From an uncultured Spirochaetota bacterium (GTDB taxonomy: Bacteria; Spirochaetota; Spirochaetia; SZUA-6; Fen-1364), in assembly GCA_963734545.1 (NCBI GenBank), contig CAVTHO010000007.1, forward strand, positions 193,236 through 257,235: a stretch of DNA of 64,000 bases, given 5' to 3'. The translations under genes were made by a program, and so were the position numbers. Shown here one piece after another: positions 38,679-49,791 of the stretch. Below the pieces are notes generated by a model. It ran no database searches. It was not told the origin of the DNA and saw nothing but the letters and a program-made list of their open reading frames with translations. Position 1 is the first letter of the stretch. Every line of letters starts with the position of its first letter.

Positions 38679-40442
38679 TCACATGGCCTCGAGAAACGGA
38701 ATCCCCAGAAGAGCCAGGCCGTTCCGCAGCACCTGCAGCACCCCCCTGACCAGGGCGATGCGCGACAGGACGAGACCGGCATCCTCGTTTCGGAGGACCG
38801 GGTGGTCCTGGTAGTAGCGGCTGAAGCTCTTGCATACCTCGAAGAGGTATGCCGTGAGGACCGAAGGGTTGAGGTCGCGCGCCGCGACGAGGATTGTCTC
38901 GGGAAAGAGCGCAAGGGATTTGGCAATCTCCCATTCCTCCGGCAGGGAAAGGGCTTCCGGGGTGTATCTGCCTGCGCGGAAGCTCTCTTTCCTCTCCTCG
39001 AACTTTCTGAGCATGCTCGAGATGCGCGCACCGGTGTACTGGAGGTAAGGTCCCGTGTTTCCGTTGAAGGAGATCGACTCCTTCGGGTCGAAAGTCATGT
39101 CTTTGACCGCGGTCACCTGAAGGAGCCAGTAATTCAAGGCGCCCAGCGCGATCTCCCGGGCCGTTCTCCCGAGGTTGCCCACCTCCTCCTCCCGCTCCTT
39201 GTTCCGTATTTCCTCAGCGGCGAGCCCCTCCAGCTCATCCAGCAGATCGTCCGCGTCCACGACCGTGCCCTCCCGCGACTTCATCTTGCCCTCGGGAAGA
39301 TTCACCATTCCATACGCGAGGTGGTGCAGGTGTGAGGCCCATTCGTAGCCCAGGATCGACAGGACGTTGAACAGGACGTGGAAGTGATGCCTCTGCTCGG
39401 AGCCCACCACGTAGATCAGCGTGTCAAAGGGCCAGTCCTTCATGCGCTGGATGGCGGTGCCGACGTCCTGCGTGATGTACAGCGAGGTGCCGTCTCCCCT
39501 CAGCAGCACCTCGCGCTCCATGCCCTTGTCCGTGAGGTCGACCCAGACGGATCCGTCGGGGTCCTTCTGGAACAATCCCTTTTCGACGCCGGCGAGGATC
39601 TCCCCCCTGCCCAGCTTGTAGAGATCGCTCTCGAAGTAGACCTTGTCGAAGGTGATGCCGGTCCGCCGGTAGCTCTCCTCGATGCCGCCGATGACCCAGC
39701 CGTTCATCTTCCGCCAGAGCGCCACTACGGCAGGCTCGCCCTCCTCCCACGCGCGCAGGAGCTGCCGCACCTGGTCTTCCGCTTCGGGATGGTCCTGCGC
39801 GTATTGGGCGTACTTCACGTAGTAATCGCCGACAAAATGGTCGCCCTTGACCCCTGTGCTTTCAGGGGTCGCGGATCCGCCGAACATCTGGTAGGCGAGC
39901 ATGGACTTGCAGATATGCACACCCCTGTCGTTGATGAGGTTGACTTTCTGCAGCGTGGCCCCCGCCGCGGCGAGGATGCGTGACAGGCTTTCTCCGATTG
40001 CATCGTTCCGCAGGTGGCCGAGATGGAGCGGCTTGTTCGTGTTCGGGCAGGAGAACTCGAGCATGACGCGGCGGCCGGACTGCTCCGTGCCCCTTCCGTA
40101 CGCCGCGCCCTGCGCGGCCACCTCGGACAGTATGTCGTCGATCACGGGGGCCGGGGCAAGGCGCACGTTCACGTACGGCCCCGCCGCGGCGGCCTCGCCC
40201 GCGCCCCGCGCGGCAGGTGACTCTGACACACGGCGCGCCACTTCCCGCGCGATGAGGGGAGGGGCCTTTTTCAGCTGCCGCGCGAACGGAAACATGGGAA
40301 AAGCGATATCTCCCATCTCGGGCCGCGGCGGTGTCTCGATCACCAGCGCGTCGGCATCGATACCCTCCGCCCCCGCCTCGGCGGCAAGGGCGCCAAGGGC
40401 AGCCGCGAGGATCTGCCGCCATTGTTCTCGGTATTTCTTCAT
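38679..40442 (-). CDS. argS: arginine--tRNA ligase
   Basis: 588 aa from MKKYREQW. HIGH-type motif (NTNKPLHLGHLRN) and a C-terminal anticodon-binding domain. Confidence 0.93.
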   Translation of the reverse strand: MKKYREQWRQILAAALGALAAEAGAEGIDADALVIETPPRPEMGDIAFPMFPFARQLKKAPPLIAREVARRVSESPAARGAGEAAAAGPYVNVRLAPAPVIDDILSEVAAQGAAYGRGTEQSGRRVMLEFSCPNTNKPLHLGHLRNDAIGESLSRILAAAGATLQKVNLINDRGVHICKSMLAYQMFGGSATPESTGVKGDHFVGDYYVKYAQYAQDHPEAEDQVRQLLRAWEEGEPAVVALWRKMNGWVIGGIEESYRRTGITFDKVYFESDLYKLGRGEILAGVEKGLFQKDPDGSVWVDLTDKGMEREVLLRGDGTSLYITQDVGTAIQRMKDWPFDTLIYVVGSEQRHHFHVLFNVLSILGYEWASHLHHLAYGMVNLPEGKMKSREGTVVDADDLLDELEGLAAEEIRNKEREEEVGNLGRTAREIALGALNYWLLQVTAVKDMTFDPKESISFNGNTGPYLQYTGARISSMLRKFEERKESFRAGRYTPEALSLPEEWEIAKSLALFPETILVAARDLNPSVLTAYLFEVCKSFSRYYQDHPVLRNEDAGLVLSRIALVRGVLQVLRNGLALLGIPFLEAM

Positions 40443-40517
40443 AGCGTGGCGTGTATTTAACCAGAGCAGGCGGGTGAGTGGCAAGGCGGCGGCCTTCGGT
40501 GCGCGCAAGGGCTCGCC

Positions 40518-40547
40518 TTGACGCAGCCCTGTTTTTCTCCATATATA
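40518..40547 (+). promoter_or_regulatory. possible sigma-70-like promoter for ileS (TTGACG-17 nt-ATATAT)
   Basis: Good hexamers, but the predicted transcript start would fall almost on the AAGGAG RBS at 40553-40558. Confidence 0.3.
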
Positions 40548-40564
40548 GTCGCAAGGAGCAGCCA

Positions 40565-43500
40565 TTGTACAGGCCCGTCGACCCGAAGGTGAGCTTCCCC
40601 AAGATTGAGGAGGACGTCCTCGCTTTCTGGCAGGAAAAGAAGATATTCGAGAAATCCATCTCGCAGCGGGAGGGCGCGGAGGAGTTCGTCTTCTACGACG
40701 GCCCCCCGTTCGCCACCGGACTGCCGCATTACGGGCACTTCATTCCCAGCACGGTGAAGGATGCGATTCCCCGCTACCAGGCCATGAAGGGCCGCAAGGT
40801 GGACCGCCGCTTCGGGTGGGACTGCCACGGGCTGCCCGTGGAATACGAGATGGAGAAAGAGCTGGGAATTTCGGGAAAGAAGCAGATCGAAGAATACGGG
40901 ATCGCGAAGTTCAACGAGGCCTGCCGGTCCATCGTCCTGCGCTATACGAAGGAGTGGAGAAAAGTCATCACCCGTCTCGGTCGATGGGTCGATTTCGACC
41001 ACGACTACAAGACCATGGACCTCGACTACATGGAGTCCATCTGGTGGGTGCTGAGCGAGCTGTGGAAAAAGGGGCTTCTCTACGAGGGCTCCTACATACT
41101 CCCCTATTGCCCGCGCTGCTCCACCGCGCTCTCCAACTTCGAGCTGAACCTCGGAGGCTACGTCGACGTCTCGGACCCCTCCCTCACCGTCAAATTCGCC
41201 CTCGAGTCGGAGCCGCACACATTCTTCCTCGCATGGACCACCACTCCCTGGACGCTTCCCTCCAACCTCGGCCTCGCCCTCGGGGCCGATCTCCGCTACG
41301 TCAAGGTGAAGGACGGCGAGGACTACTTCATCCTGGCGGAGGACAGGCTGCCGGCCTACTACAAGAATCCCGCCGGCTACGAGGTTGTCCGCAGCTTCAG
41401 CGGCAAAGAGCTGGCGGGAATCAGCTATGTCCCCCTGTTTCCCTACTTCGCCCACCTGAAGTCCAAGGGCGCCTTCAAGACGTGGATCGGCGATTTCGTC
41501 TCGACCGAGGAGGGCACCGGCATCGTGCACATCGCCCCGGGATTCGGAGAGGACGACTACAACCTGTTGAAGGGCACCGGCATCCCGACGGTGTGCCCGG
41601 TCGACGAGGAAGTGAAGTTCACCTCGGAGGTTCCCGACTGGGCGGGACAGTTCGTGAAGGACGCGGACAAGTCCATCATCCGCAGGCTGAAGGACGAGCG
41701 CAAGCTCGTGAAGCACGATTCCATCACGCACGCCTACCCCCATTGCTGGCGCTGCAAGAGCCCGCTCGTCTATCGCGCCGTTTCCGAGTGGTTCGTGAGC
41801 GTGGAGAAGATCAAGTCCGCCATGCTGGCGGCAAATGACGCCATCTACTGGATGCCGGCGCACCTGAAAACCGGAAGGTTCGGCAAGTGGCTGGAGAATG
41901 CCCGGGACTGGGCCATCTCACGCAGCCGCTATTGGGGCAACCCTATTCCCGTCTGGCGCTGTGATTCCTGTAAAGCCATGGAGTGCATTGGCTCTCGCGC
42001 CGAGCTGGAAAAGAAGACGGGACAAAAAACGACCGACCTCCACAAGCACTTCATCGACGGATTCACCTACCCCTGCTCCTGCGGAGGGACCATGCGGCGC
42101 ATCCCCGAGGTGCTCGACTGCTGGTTCGAATCCGGAGCCATGCCCTACGGGCAGAATCACTATCCCTTCGAGAATCGGAAGCACTTCGATGCCCATTTCC
42201 CCGCGGATTTCATTTCGGAGTCCATCGACCAGACACGCGGATGGTTCTATACCCTCGTGGTGCTGGGCGCCGCGCTGTTCGACAAGCCGACATTCCGCAA
42301 TGTCATTGTGAGCGGGCTGATCCTCGACACGGAAGGAAAGAAGATGTCGAAGTCCGCCCGCAACTACGCCGATCCCATGGACGTCATTGCCACGCTATGG
42401 GGCGGACGCAATGCGGTTGTTCCTCCTGGATTCCGCCGTGCTGAAAGCGGAAGACCTGCGCTTCTCCGAGGCCGGTGTCAAAGAGGTCGTGAAAAACGTC
42501 CTGATCCCGCTGTGGAACTCCTACAGCTTCTTCGTCACTTACGCGAACATCGACCAGGTGACGGTAGGGGAGGCGCCGCACGCGCCGTCCAACATCCTGG
42601 ATCGCTGGATCCTGTCCGAAGCGGAGCGGATGGTCCACGAGATCACCGGGTACCTCGAGCTCTATGATCTGCAGAAGGCCGTCGACGTCTTCATCGAGTT
42701 CATCGACCTGCTCAATAACTGGTACATACGGCGCTCGCGCCGGAGGTTCTGGCGCTCGGGAAATGACGCGGACAAGAAGGAGGCCTATCAGGCGCTGCAC
42801 ACGGCGCTGATGAAGCTCATTCTGTGCGCCGCGCCGTTCATTCCCTTCATCACGGAGGCGATGTACGCCAATTTGAGGACCCCGGATATGCCGGAGTCCA
42901 TCCATCTCTGCGATTTCCCGGTTTTCGACGAGTCGCGGCGGGACCCCGCGCTGGAACGCAGGATGAAGGTGACGATGCGGACCGTGGGAATGGGAAGAAG
43001 CCTCCGCACCGACTACTCCTTGAAGATCCGCCAGCCTCTCAAGGCGCTCCATGTCGTCACGCGGGACCCCGAGGAGAGAGAGATCCTCCAGTCGATGGAG
43101 GAGCTCATCAAGGACGAGCTCAACGTGAAGAGCGTGCTCTTCCGCGAGAACGAGGACGAGCTCGTGGAGTACCGGGCCAAGGCCAACTTCCGCACGCTGG
43201 GCAAGCTGCTGGGCAAGGACATGAAGGCGGCGGCCGCGCGCATCGAGAAGCTGAGTCTCGCGGATATCCACTCGCTTCTCGCCTCGCGCAGCGTTCCCCT
43301 GGAAGTGGAAGGGCGCACCTTTTCACTCACCCCCGAGGGTGTGGAGATCCAGCGCATTGAAAAGGAAAACCTCAAGGTGATAAACGACGGTTCGCTCACG
43401 GTCGCGCTGGATCCCGAGCTCACGCCCGCGCTCATCCAGGAAGGGCTGGTGCGAGACCTGGTGCGCGGAATCCAGAGCCTGCGAAAGGACAAGGGGCTGG

Positions 43501-43691
43501 AGGTCACCGACCGGATCGAGCTCACCCTCTTCGGCTCGGAGGCGCTGCGGGAGGCAGTGGAGAGCTACGCCGAGCACCTTCTCTCCGAGACGCTCGCCGT
43601 GTCGTGGAAATGGGAAAAGTCCGGGGAACCCGCCGAGATCGATTGCGGCGGAGAAACATGCGCCGTGTCCCTGAAGAAGGCCGCGCGCTGA
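40565..43691 (+). CDS. ileS: isoleucine--tRNA ligase, type 2 (one frame break)
   Basis: TTG start behind AAGGAG. HYGH (LPHYGHF) and KMSKS motifs. The frames switch at 42389-42395 (..DPMDVIA | RYGADAMRLFLL..). Confidence 0.93.
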
Positions 43692-44610
43692 TGCGTTTCG
43701 CCGCCTTTCCCGCGGCGTGCTGCGCCGTGCTGCTCATGCTCGCCTCCTGCGCAACCGTTCCTCAACGGCCCTCGTCCGAATGGCTCGGCGTGCTTCCCGC
43801 CGACGCCACGCTGTATGTCTCACTGTCCGTGAGCGGGTCCGGGGATCTGATCAGGAAAGCGCTGAAGTCAGCAGGGCCCGATCTGCAGGATGTCAATACT
43901 CTGGTCGACATGACCAGGCGGCTCGTCTGCTCCGTGACGCTGGCCAGGGGTGCGCCTGCCCGGTTTGCGGTCGTGGCCCTGGGAGGATACCCGGGCGGCC
44001 TCATCGGCATGCGCCTTTCCGGAAACAAGGAATGGACGCAGAAGAAGGGACCTGCCGGCTCCCATTGGGAATGGATCAAAGCTGGGCATCCAGATGAGCA
44101 TCCCCAACAACGGCATCCTGCTCGCCTCCAACGGGGATATCGATTCTGCTTCTCGCGCACTGGGCAGCGCCGCTTCCCCTCGTCCTGCCCCCCGAGGTTG
44201 CAGGCGACATGGAGAGGACCGACCTCGTGCTCTACATGCCGGAATTGCCAGGGGGTTTGCAGCAGAGCGCCGCTCAGAACGGCGTGCATATCCCGCTCAA
44301 GGAAATCTGGATGAACGCGGTGAAGTTCAAGGGGGGGTATACCTTCTCCGGCACCGCGAACACCGGCTCGGGCCAGGAGGCGGAGCTTCTCACCCTCGTC
44401 CTGCGCCTGGGGATTGTCGGCTGGATGCGCTCGGAAAACCTGCCGGACACCGCGGAGAGGCTCAAGATGATCTCCGTGTCGCCCAGCGGCAGCCAGGTCA
44501 AGCTTGCAGGCCTGCGTTTCTCCGACGAAGAGGTCATTCCCTTTTTCTTGTCTCTCCTGAAGGGCATGTCTCCCCCCGCGGACGCACCGCAGGCGGAGCT
44601 TACCCAGTGA
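43691..44610 (+). CDS. hypothetical lipoprotein (two frame breaks)
   Basis: Lipobox MLASC. The reading frame passes through three frames, with joints at about 44061-44063 and 44176-44179, both in C-runs. TGATG junction with ileS (the ATG shares 1 nt with the ileS stop) and GTGA overlap with hisH. Confidence 0.55.
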
Positions 44611-45268
44611 GCGCGGGGACCACGGTCGTCGTCGACTACGGGGCCGGCAATCTCAAGAGCGTGGAGAACGGCCTGCGCTACCTCGGCGCCCCCTATCTGG
44701 TGACGTCCCGGCCCGAGGACGTTGCGGACGCCGAGGGCCTCATCTTTCCCGGGTGTCGGGGAAGCGGCGGCATCAATGAGCGAGCTGAAAAGGACCGGCC
44801 TCGACCGCGCCCTCAGGGACTATCTGGGCTCAGGAAGGAAGATCCTGGGGATCTGCATCGGCTGCCAGGTGATCTTCGAGCGCTCGGAGGAACGGGACAC
44901 GGAGTGTCTCGGCATTTTCAAGGGATCGGTTCGCCGCTTCCCGCGGAGGCCGTGGCTTCAAAGTTCCCCACATGGGCTGGAACACTGTCCATTTCACCCG
45001 GCCGCACCCGGTTTTCCACGGCATACCGCAGGACTCTTCCTTCTATTTCGTGCACTCCTACTATCCCGAGCCTGCGGATCCGGGTCTCATTGCGGGGGAG
45101 ACGGAATACGGCATGACATTCGCCTCCTGCGTGGCCTGGCGGAACCTCGTCGCGTTTCAATTCCACCTGGAGAAATCCGGCTCTCTCGGGATGAAGCTTC
45201 TCTCCAATTTCCTTTCCTGGAATGGACGGCTGGATGAAAGGGAATCTCGAGGGACCCTCCATGCTTAG
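44607..45268 (+). CDS. hisH: imidazole glycerol phosphate synthase glutamine amidotransferase subunit HisH (three frame breaks)
   Basis: [20 protein letters not shown] (catalytic Cys), PHMGWN and FQFHLEKSG. Joints at about 44750 (CCCGGGT), 44940 and 44963. Confidence 0.85.
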
Positions 45269-46223
45269 CAAACGCCTCATTGTCTGTCTTGACGTGAAGG
45301 ACGGCCGCACCACCAAGGGGGTGCAATTCAAAGGAAATATCGACGTCGGCGACCCTGTGGAGATGGCGCGGAAATACTATGAGGACGGTGTCGACGAGCT
45401 GGTTTTCTACGACATCACCGCGTCGGCCGAAAGAAGGAAGATCCGGATCGACACGGTCCGCAGGGTGGCGGAGCAGGTCTTCATTCCCTTTTCCGTGGGC
45501 GGCGGCATTTCCTCCGTTGCGGAAATGAGGGAGGTGCTTCTGGCGGGCGCGGAGAAGGTGAGCGTGAACTCCGCGGCAGTGCGCAACCCCGACATCATCA
45601 CCGAGGGCGCATCGCTGTACGGGACCCAGTGCATCGTCCTGGGAATGGACGTGGCCAGGGATGACCGCATGCCTTCAGGCTACGTGGTGGTGATAGACGG
45701 CGGCAGGACCCGGACCGGCCTGGATGCTCTCCAGTGGGCCCGTCAGGCGGAGAAGCTGGGCGCCGGCGAGATCGTGCTCAACTCCATAGATGCGGACGGC
45801 ACGCGGGACGGCTACGAGCTGACCGTGACCGGGCTCGTTTCCCGAGGGGTCGGCATACCTGTCGTGGCGTCCGGTGGCGCGGGAGCGCCGGCGCACGTGC
45901 TCTCCGTGCTGCGGGACGCGGCCGCCGACGCGGCATTGGTCGCATCGATCGTGCATTCCGGCGCCTGGAGCATCCCCCGCATCAAGGATTTTCTGGAAGA
46001 AAACGGCATTCCAGTCCGGAAACAAAGTAATGCAGAATACCGTGCCCGCCCCTGTGCGCTCATGCTGCAGCCCGGCCTGTTGCCACAACACGGCATTGAA
46101 GCTATATTTGAGAAAATAGATGCGTCTATTGCTTTTCTCGGGAGTCAGGAGTTAAAGGCATGCCCACATACGAGTATGTGTGCACCAAGTGCGGTCATAG
46201 ATTCGAGGCCCTGCAGAGCATGA
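45261..46223 (+). CDS. hisF: imidazole glycerol phosphate synthase cyclase subunit HisF (suspicious ~68-aa 3' extension)
   Basis: [23 protein letters not shown].., [15 protein letters not shown]. The conserved part ends near 46020. The open frame then runs on across a promoter-like AT-rich stretch into the fmdB gene. Confidence 0.85.
   Translation: MLSKRLIVCLDVKDGRTTKGVQFKGNIDVGDPVEMARKYYEDGVDELVFYDITASAERRKIRIDTVRRVAEQVFIPFSVGGGISSVAEMREVLLAGAEKVSVNSAAVRNPDIITEGASLYGTQCIVLGMDVARDDRMPSGYVVVIDGGRTRTGLDALQWARQAEKLGAGEIVLNSIDADGTRDGYELTVTGLVSRGVGIPVVASGGAGAPAHVLSVLRDAAADAALVASIVHSGAWSIPRIKDFLEENGIPVRKQSNAEYRARPCALMLQPGLLPQHGIEAIFEKIDASIAFLGSQELKACPHTSMCAPSAVIDSRPCRA
46080..46108 (+). promoter_or_regulatory. 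sigma-70-like promoter (TTGCCA-17 nt-TATATT)
   Basis: Lies in the only AT-rich stretch upstream of the ATG at 46160. Confidence 0.45.
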
Positions 46224-46498
46224 CGGAGAAGCCGCTCTCCCGCTGCCCCGTGTGCAAGAGCGCGGTCCGCCGGATCATCAATGGCGGGATCGGCGTCATC
46301 TTCAAGGGAAGCGGATTCTACTCCACTGACAACAAGAGAAGCTCCGCCCTGACCGGCGGAAACGGCAGCTCCAAGGACAGGGACAAATCCTCGGAGAAGT
46401 CGCAGGAAAGCTCTCCTGAGAAAGCATCGACGGAAAGAACCGCTTCCGGGCAGTCCTCTTCTGACAAGAACTCCAAGGAAAAGACCCCGGCTTCCTGA
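46160..46498 (+). CDS. FmdB-family zinc-ribbon protein
   Basis: [16 protein letters not shown]...CPVC signature followed by an S/K-rich tail. Confidence 0.85.
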   Translation: MPTYEYVCTKCGHRFEALQSMTEKPLSRCPVCKSAVRRIINGGIGVIFKGSGFYSTDNKRSSALTGGNGSSKDRDKSSEKSQESSPEKASTERTASGQSSSDKNSKEKTPAS

Positions 46499-46503
46499 GC
46501 CCC

Positions 46504-47668
46504 TTAAAACTGTACTTTTTCGGTCTTCTCCAGGGCCTCGCGAATGAGGGATTCCACATCCAGGTGCGCGAAGGAGAGCTTCATCTTGCGCGCGTTGGGA
46601 TGAATCAGCGGGTGCGCGGGTGAGAACAGCACGCAGCAGTCGGCATAGGGGAGATTGGAAGTCTCGAACGTCTCGATCCTCCTTGCCACGGCGATTATCT
46701 CTTCCTTGTTCATGCCCACGAGGGGCCGGAATACGGGCAGGTCGGTGAACGAGCCCGTGAAGTGCATGCTCTCCACGGTCTGGCTCGCGACCTGGCCGAG
46801 GCTTTCTCCCGTTATCAGGCACATTGCCCCCGAGTCTTCGGCCAGCAGGGTCGCAAATCGCGTCATGCACGCGCGCAGCAGCAGCGTCACCTCCTCGTCC
46901 AGGGCCTTTTCCTTGATGCGCGCGAGCACCGGCGTGAACGGCACCACGTGGAGCACGATGCCCGGCGCCCAGGCCGACAGTATCCGGGCAAGGGTCTCGA
47001 CCTTTTCCCGCGCTTTCTCCGAGGTGAACGGAGCAGAGTGGAAGTAGACGGCCTCGATTGCCATTCCACGCTTTGCCATCATCCAGCCGGCCACCGGTGA
47101 ATCGATGCCTCCCGACAGGAGGAGCAGGCCCCTGCCCGGAGCTGCCGCTCGGCAGGCCGTAGGGACCGTTGATCGAAGGTCCATAGAGATAGGCGTGTTC
47201 GCGGATCTCGACATTCATGACCCAGTCGGGGGCGTGCACGTCCACCACCAGCCCGGGAAACCGCTCCAGCAGCAGCTCGCCGATCCGGCAGGAAATCTCG
47301 TAGGAGCTGAGGGGGAACCCCTTGTCCGCACGCCGGGTTTCCACCTTGAATCTCTTCCCCATGCCCGCGGCAATGAATCCCTCCGCGAGTCCGGCCGCGG
47401 CGGACTCGATCGCCGAGATATCCCCGTTGATCTGGAGCGCCTTGCAGAAGGAAACAACGCCGAACGTGCGCGTGAGCGCCGCCGCGATGGCATCCTCGTG
47501 CTCGGCCGGGAATCGAACAAAGACCCGGTGGAACGTCTCGTAGACGGAGAACTGCAGTCCGGGCAGCTTCGCCCGTATCGAGTCCTTGAGGCTCCTGACG
47601 AACGCGCCGCGATTGCGCTTCTTCAGTGCGATTTCCCCGTATTTCACCAGGAACAGGTCCTCCGTCAT
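46504..47668 (-). CDS. thiI: tRNA 4-thiouridine synthase ThiI (one frame break)
   Basis: THUMP N-terminus and PP-loop SGGIDSPVA. The frames join at plus-strand TGCCCGG (47133-47139). Removing one base gives ..GSSGRGLLLLSGGIDS.. No rhodanese domain. Confidence 0.9.
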
Positions 47669-48883
47669 GCCCCGCGCCCCCGGGCAATGGAAAGCAGAGG
47701 AGGGATATCCTGCCGCAGCACGGCGAGCAGACCGTCGATTTGAACCGCCGTTGTGGAAGGGCCGAAGGACACCCGGATTGCCGAGAGCGCGGTTTCGTGA
47801 GACAGCCCCATACTCTCCGGTACGCGGGTGCGGTCCTTCTTTTTCGATGAGCAGGCGGACCCTGTCGAGATGCAGTAGCCGCGGCTGTCCGCCATCCGCA
47901 CGACCACTTCCGCGGGGAGGGGAGGGAACCCTGCTGAAACGATATACGGTGAGTAGGCCGCCGCGTCATCTTCCTCCCGCGCCGAGGGGAATATCCAGGC
48001 GCCACGGATCTCCCGCAGCCCATGCACGAGGCGGCGCGCGTTCTCACCCGCGGCTGCGCGGTCCTGCTCCAGCCGGAGAAGCCTCTTTTCCGCAGCGACC
48101 GTCATTGCGCAGATGCCGGGCAGGTTCTCCGTGCCCGGGTCTTCGTCCGCGCTCCTGACCGCCGCCCACGGAAAGGAAACCCGGAGCGGCGCCTTCCCTC
48201 AGGTAGAGCGCCCCTGCGCCCCGGAGGCCGCCGATCTTGTGCGCACTGAAAGAGGCCGCGTCCACGTCCAATTCGCGCAGGGAGAATGGTATCTTGCCCA
48301 GCGCCTGCACCGCATCCGTGTGGAAGAGGATCTTCCGGCCGCGCCGCGCAGAGAACTCCCTGACCGCCCGGGCGATCTCCCTCAGGTCCTGCACGGCCCC
48401 GGTCTCGTTGTTGACCATCATGACGGAGACCATGACCGTGTCCTCGTCCAGCGCATCGGCGAGCGCCTGGGGGTCCACGGTGCCGTTGGCGCGAGGCGCG
48501 ACAAATGCGCATGAAATGCCGTGTCCCTGGAGGCTGTGAAGCTGCTCGTATACGGACGAGTGCTCGATGGCAGTGCTGACGACCCGGGTCTTTTGCCTCT
48601 GGACCCCGCCAAGCCTGTGACGGTCGAGCAGGGAGAGGAGGAGTGCGCCGTTCGACTCCGTCCCTCCGGAGGTGAAGACGATCTCCCGCGCCTCGACTCC
48701 GAGCGCGCCTGCAAAGCGAGCACGCATCTGCTCCAGCTTTTCCCCGGCCTCTCTCCCCGGCGCGTGGGGGGATGAAGGATTGGCGAACAGATGGAGCGAA
48801 ACTTCCCTTGCCTCGTCGATTGCGTCAGGTTCCGGTGGGGCTGAAGCGGCCCAGTCCAGGTAGGTCAATTCCTGTCCGCCCAT
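47665..48883 (-). CDS. cysteine desulfurase (NifS/IscS-like, class V aminotransferase; one frame break)
   Basis: PLP-binding lysine in SAHKIGG and active-site loop STGSACSS. The frames join at plus-strand TGCCCGG (48132-48138). ATGA overlap with thiI. Confidence 0.88.
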
Positions 48884-48885
48884 CC

Positions 48886-48914
48886 TTGATACAATCGACT
48901 CCTCTCGGTAGAAT
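48886..48914 (+). promoter_or_regulatory. sigma-70-like promoter (TTGATA-17 nt-TAGAAT) for the ArsR gene
   Basis: The -35 element lies 3 nt from the divergent nifS-like start codon (48881-48883). Confidence 0.5.
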
Positions 48915-48936
48915 AGACTGGAAAATACAGAAGACC

Positions 48937-49233
48937 ATGGAAAAAAACAAGGTTGTGGACAGGAAGAGCGCCCGAGGAAGCATCGCGCAGTTTGCGCGCA
49001 TACTCAAGGTATGCGGCCATCCCATGCGGCTGAAGCTGCTGCGCGCAATCGAGGCCAGCGAGCCATGCGTGTCGGATCTCTGGCACTGCGTGGAGGAATC
49101 TCAGCCGGTCGTATCGCAGCACCTGGCGGTGCTCAAACGGGAGGGCATCGTGAGCTCCCGCGTGGAGGGGAACCGGAGGATCTATTCCGTCACCGATCCG
49201 CTGGTCAAGGACCTCATCAGCAGGCTGCCCTAG
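48937..49233 (+). CDS. ArsR/SmtB-family transcriptional regulator
   Basis: 98 aa. HPMRLKLLRAIEASEPCVSDL followed by the recognition helix QPVVSQHLAVLKREGIV. Confidence 0.88.
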   Translation: MEKNKVVDRKSARGSIAQFARILKVCGHPMRLKLLRAIEASEPCVSDLWHCVEESQPVVSQHLAVLKREGIVSSRVEGNRRIYSVTDPLVKDLISRLP

Positions 49234-49244
49234 AGCGCGCACCC

Positions 49245-49309
49245 GGGCGCCGCGGTACCCCGCGGATTTATGGCGCCGCGGTACCCCGCGGATGTATGGC
49301 ACCGCGGCC
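49245..49309 (+). repeat. 2.5 x 26-bp tandem repeat of the CCGCGG hairpin family
   Basis: (g/t)ggcgccgcggtaccccgcggat(t/g)ta units starting 12 nt after the arsR stop. Confidence 0.85.
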
Positions 49310-49371
49310 TCTTTTGATGGCGTGCGGGCACGGCTTGTGCATCAGGCGCGCGCAACGGTACTCTTTCCCGC

Positions 49372-49791
49372 ATGCATGAATGGGCTCTGGCTGACGCAGT
49401 GATAGAGGCAACCGCGTCCGCACTCGCGGGGAGGGATCCGGCGTGCCTGCGCGCCGTCAATGTCCTGATCGGCGAGCTGCAGGCGATCGACCGCGAGATC
49501 TTCGATTTCGCCCTCACGACAATGCTGGAGGAAAAACCGTTTCGCGGCGCGCGCTATAAGCTGGAGACGGAAGCAGCGGTCTTTCTTTGCGCGGCCTGCG
49601 ACAGGCAATGGGGTCTCCCGGAGACGAACAGCCTGACCGCGGAAACGCGCGAAGCAATTCATTTTCTGCCTGAGGCGGCCCACGCGTTCGTCCGATGCCC
49701 TTCCTGCGGCAGTCCGGATTTTCGGGTACACAAGGGAAGGGGGGTGAGCATCGCCAGCCTGGAGATGTCAGTGGAGGGCGCGTGCGGGTGA
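49372..49791 (+). CDS. hypA: hydrogenase nickel-insertion protein HypA (long, archaeal-style form)
   Basis: N-terminal MHEW metal-binding motif. Two CxxC pairs (CAAC, CPSC) separated by 32 residues. 139 aa. Confidence 0.85.
   Translation: MHEWALADAVIEATASALAGRDPACLRAVNVLIGELQAIDREIFDFALTTMLEEKPFRGARYKLETEAAVFLCAACDRQWGLPETNSLTAETREAIHFLPEAAHAFVRCPSCGSPDFRVHKGRGVSIASLEMSVEGACG

Noticed and set aside
43950-45116. 388-aa ORF spanning the lipoprotein and hisH genes
   Set aside because: It is a composite. Only short stretches of this frame are protein-like (the middle of the lipoprotein and the start of hisH). The rest is out-of-frame read-through created by indels.
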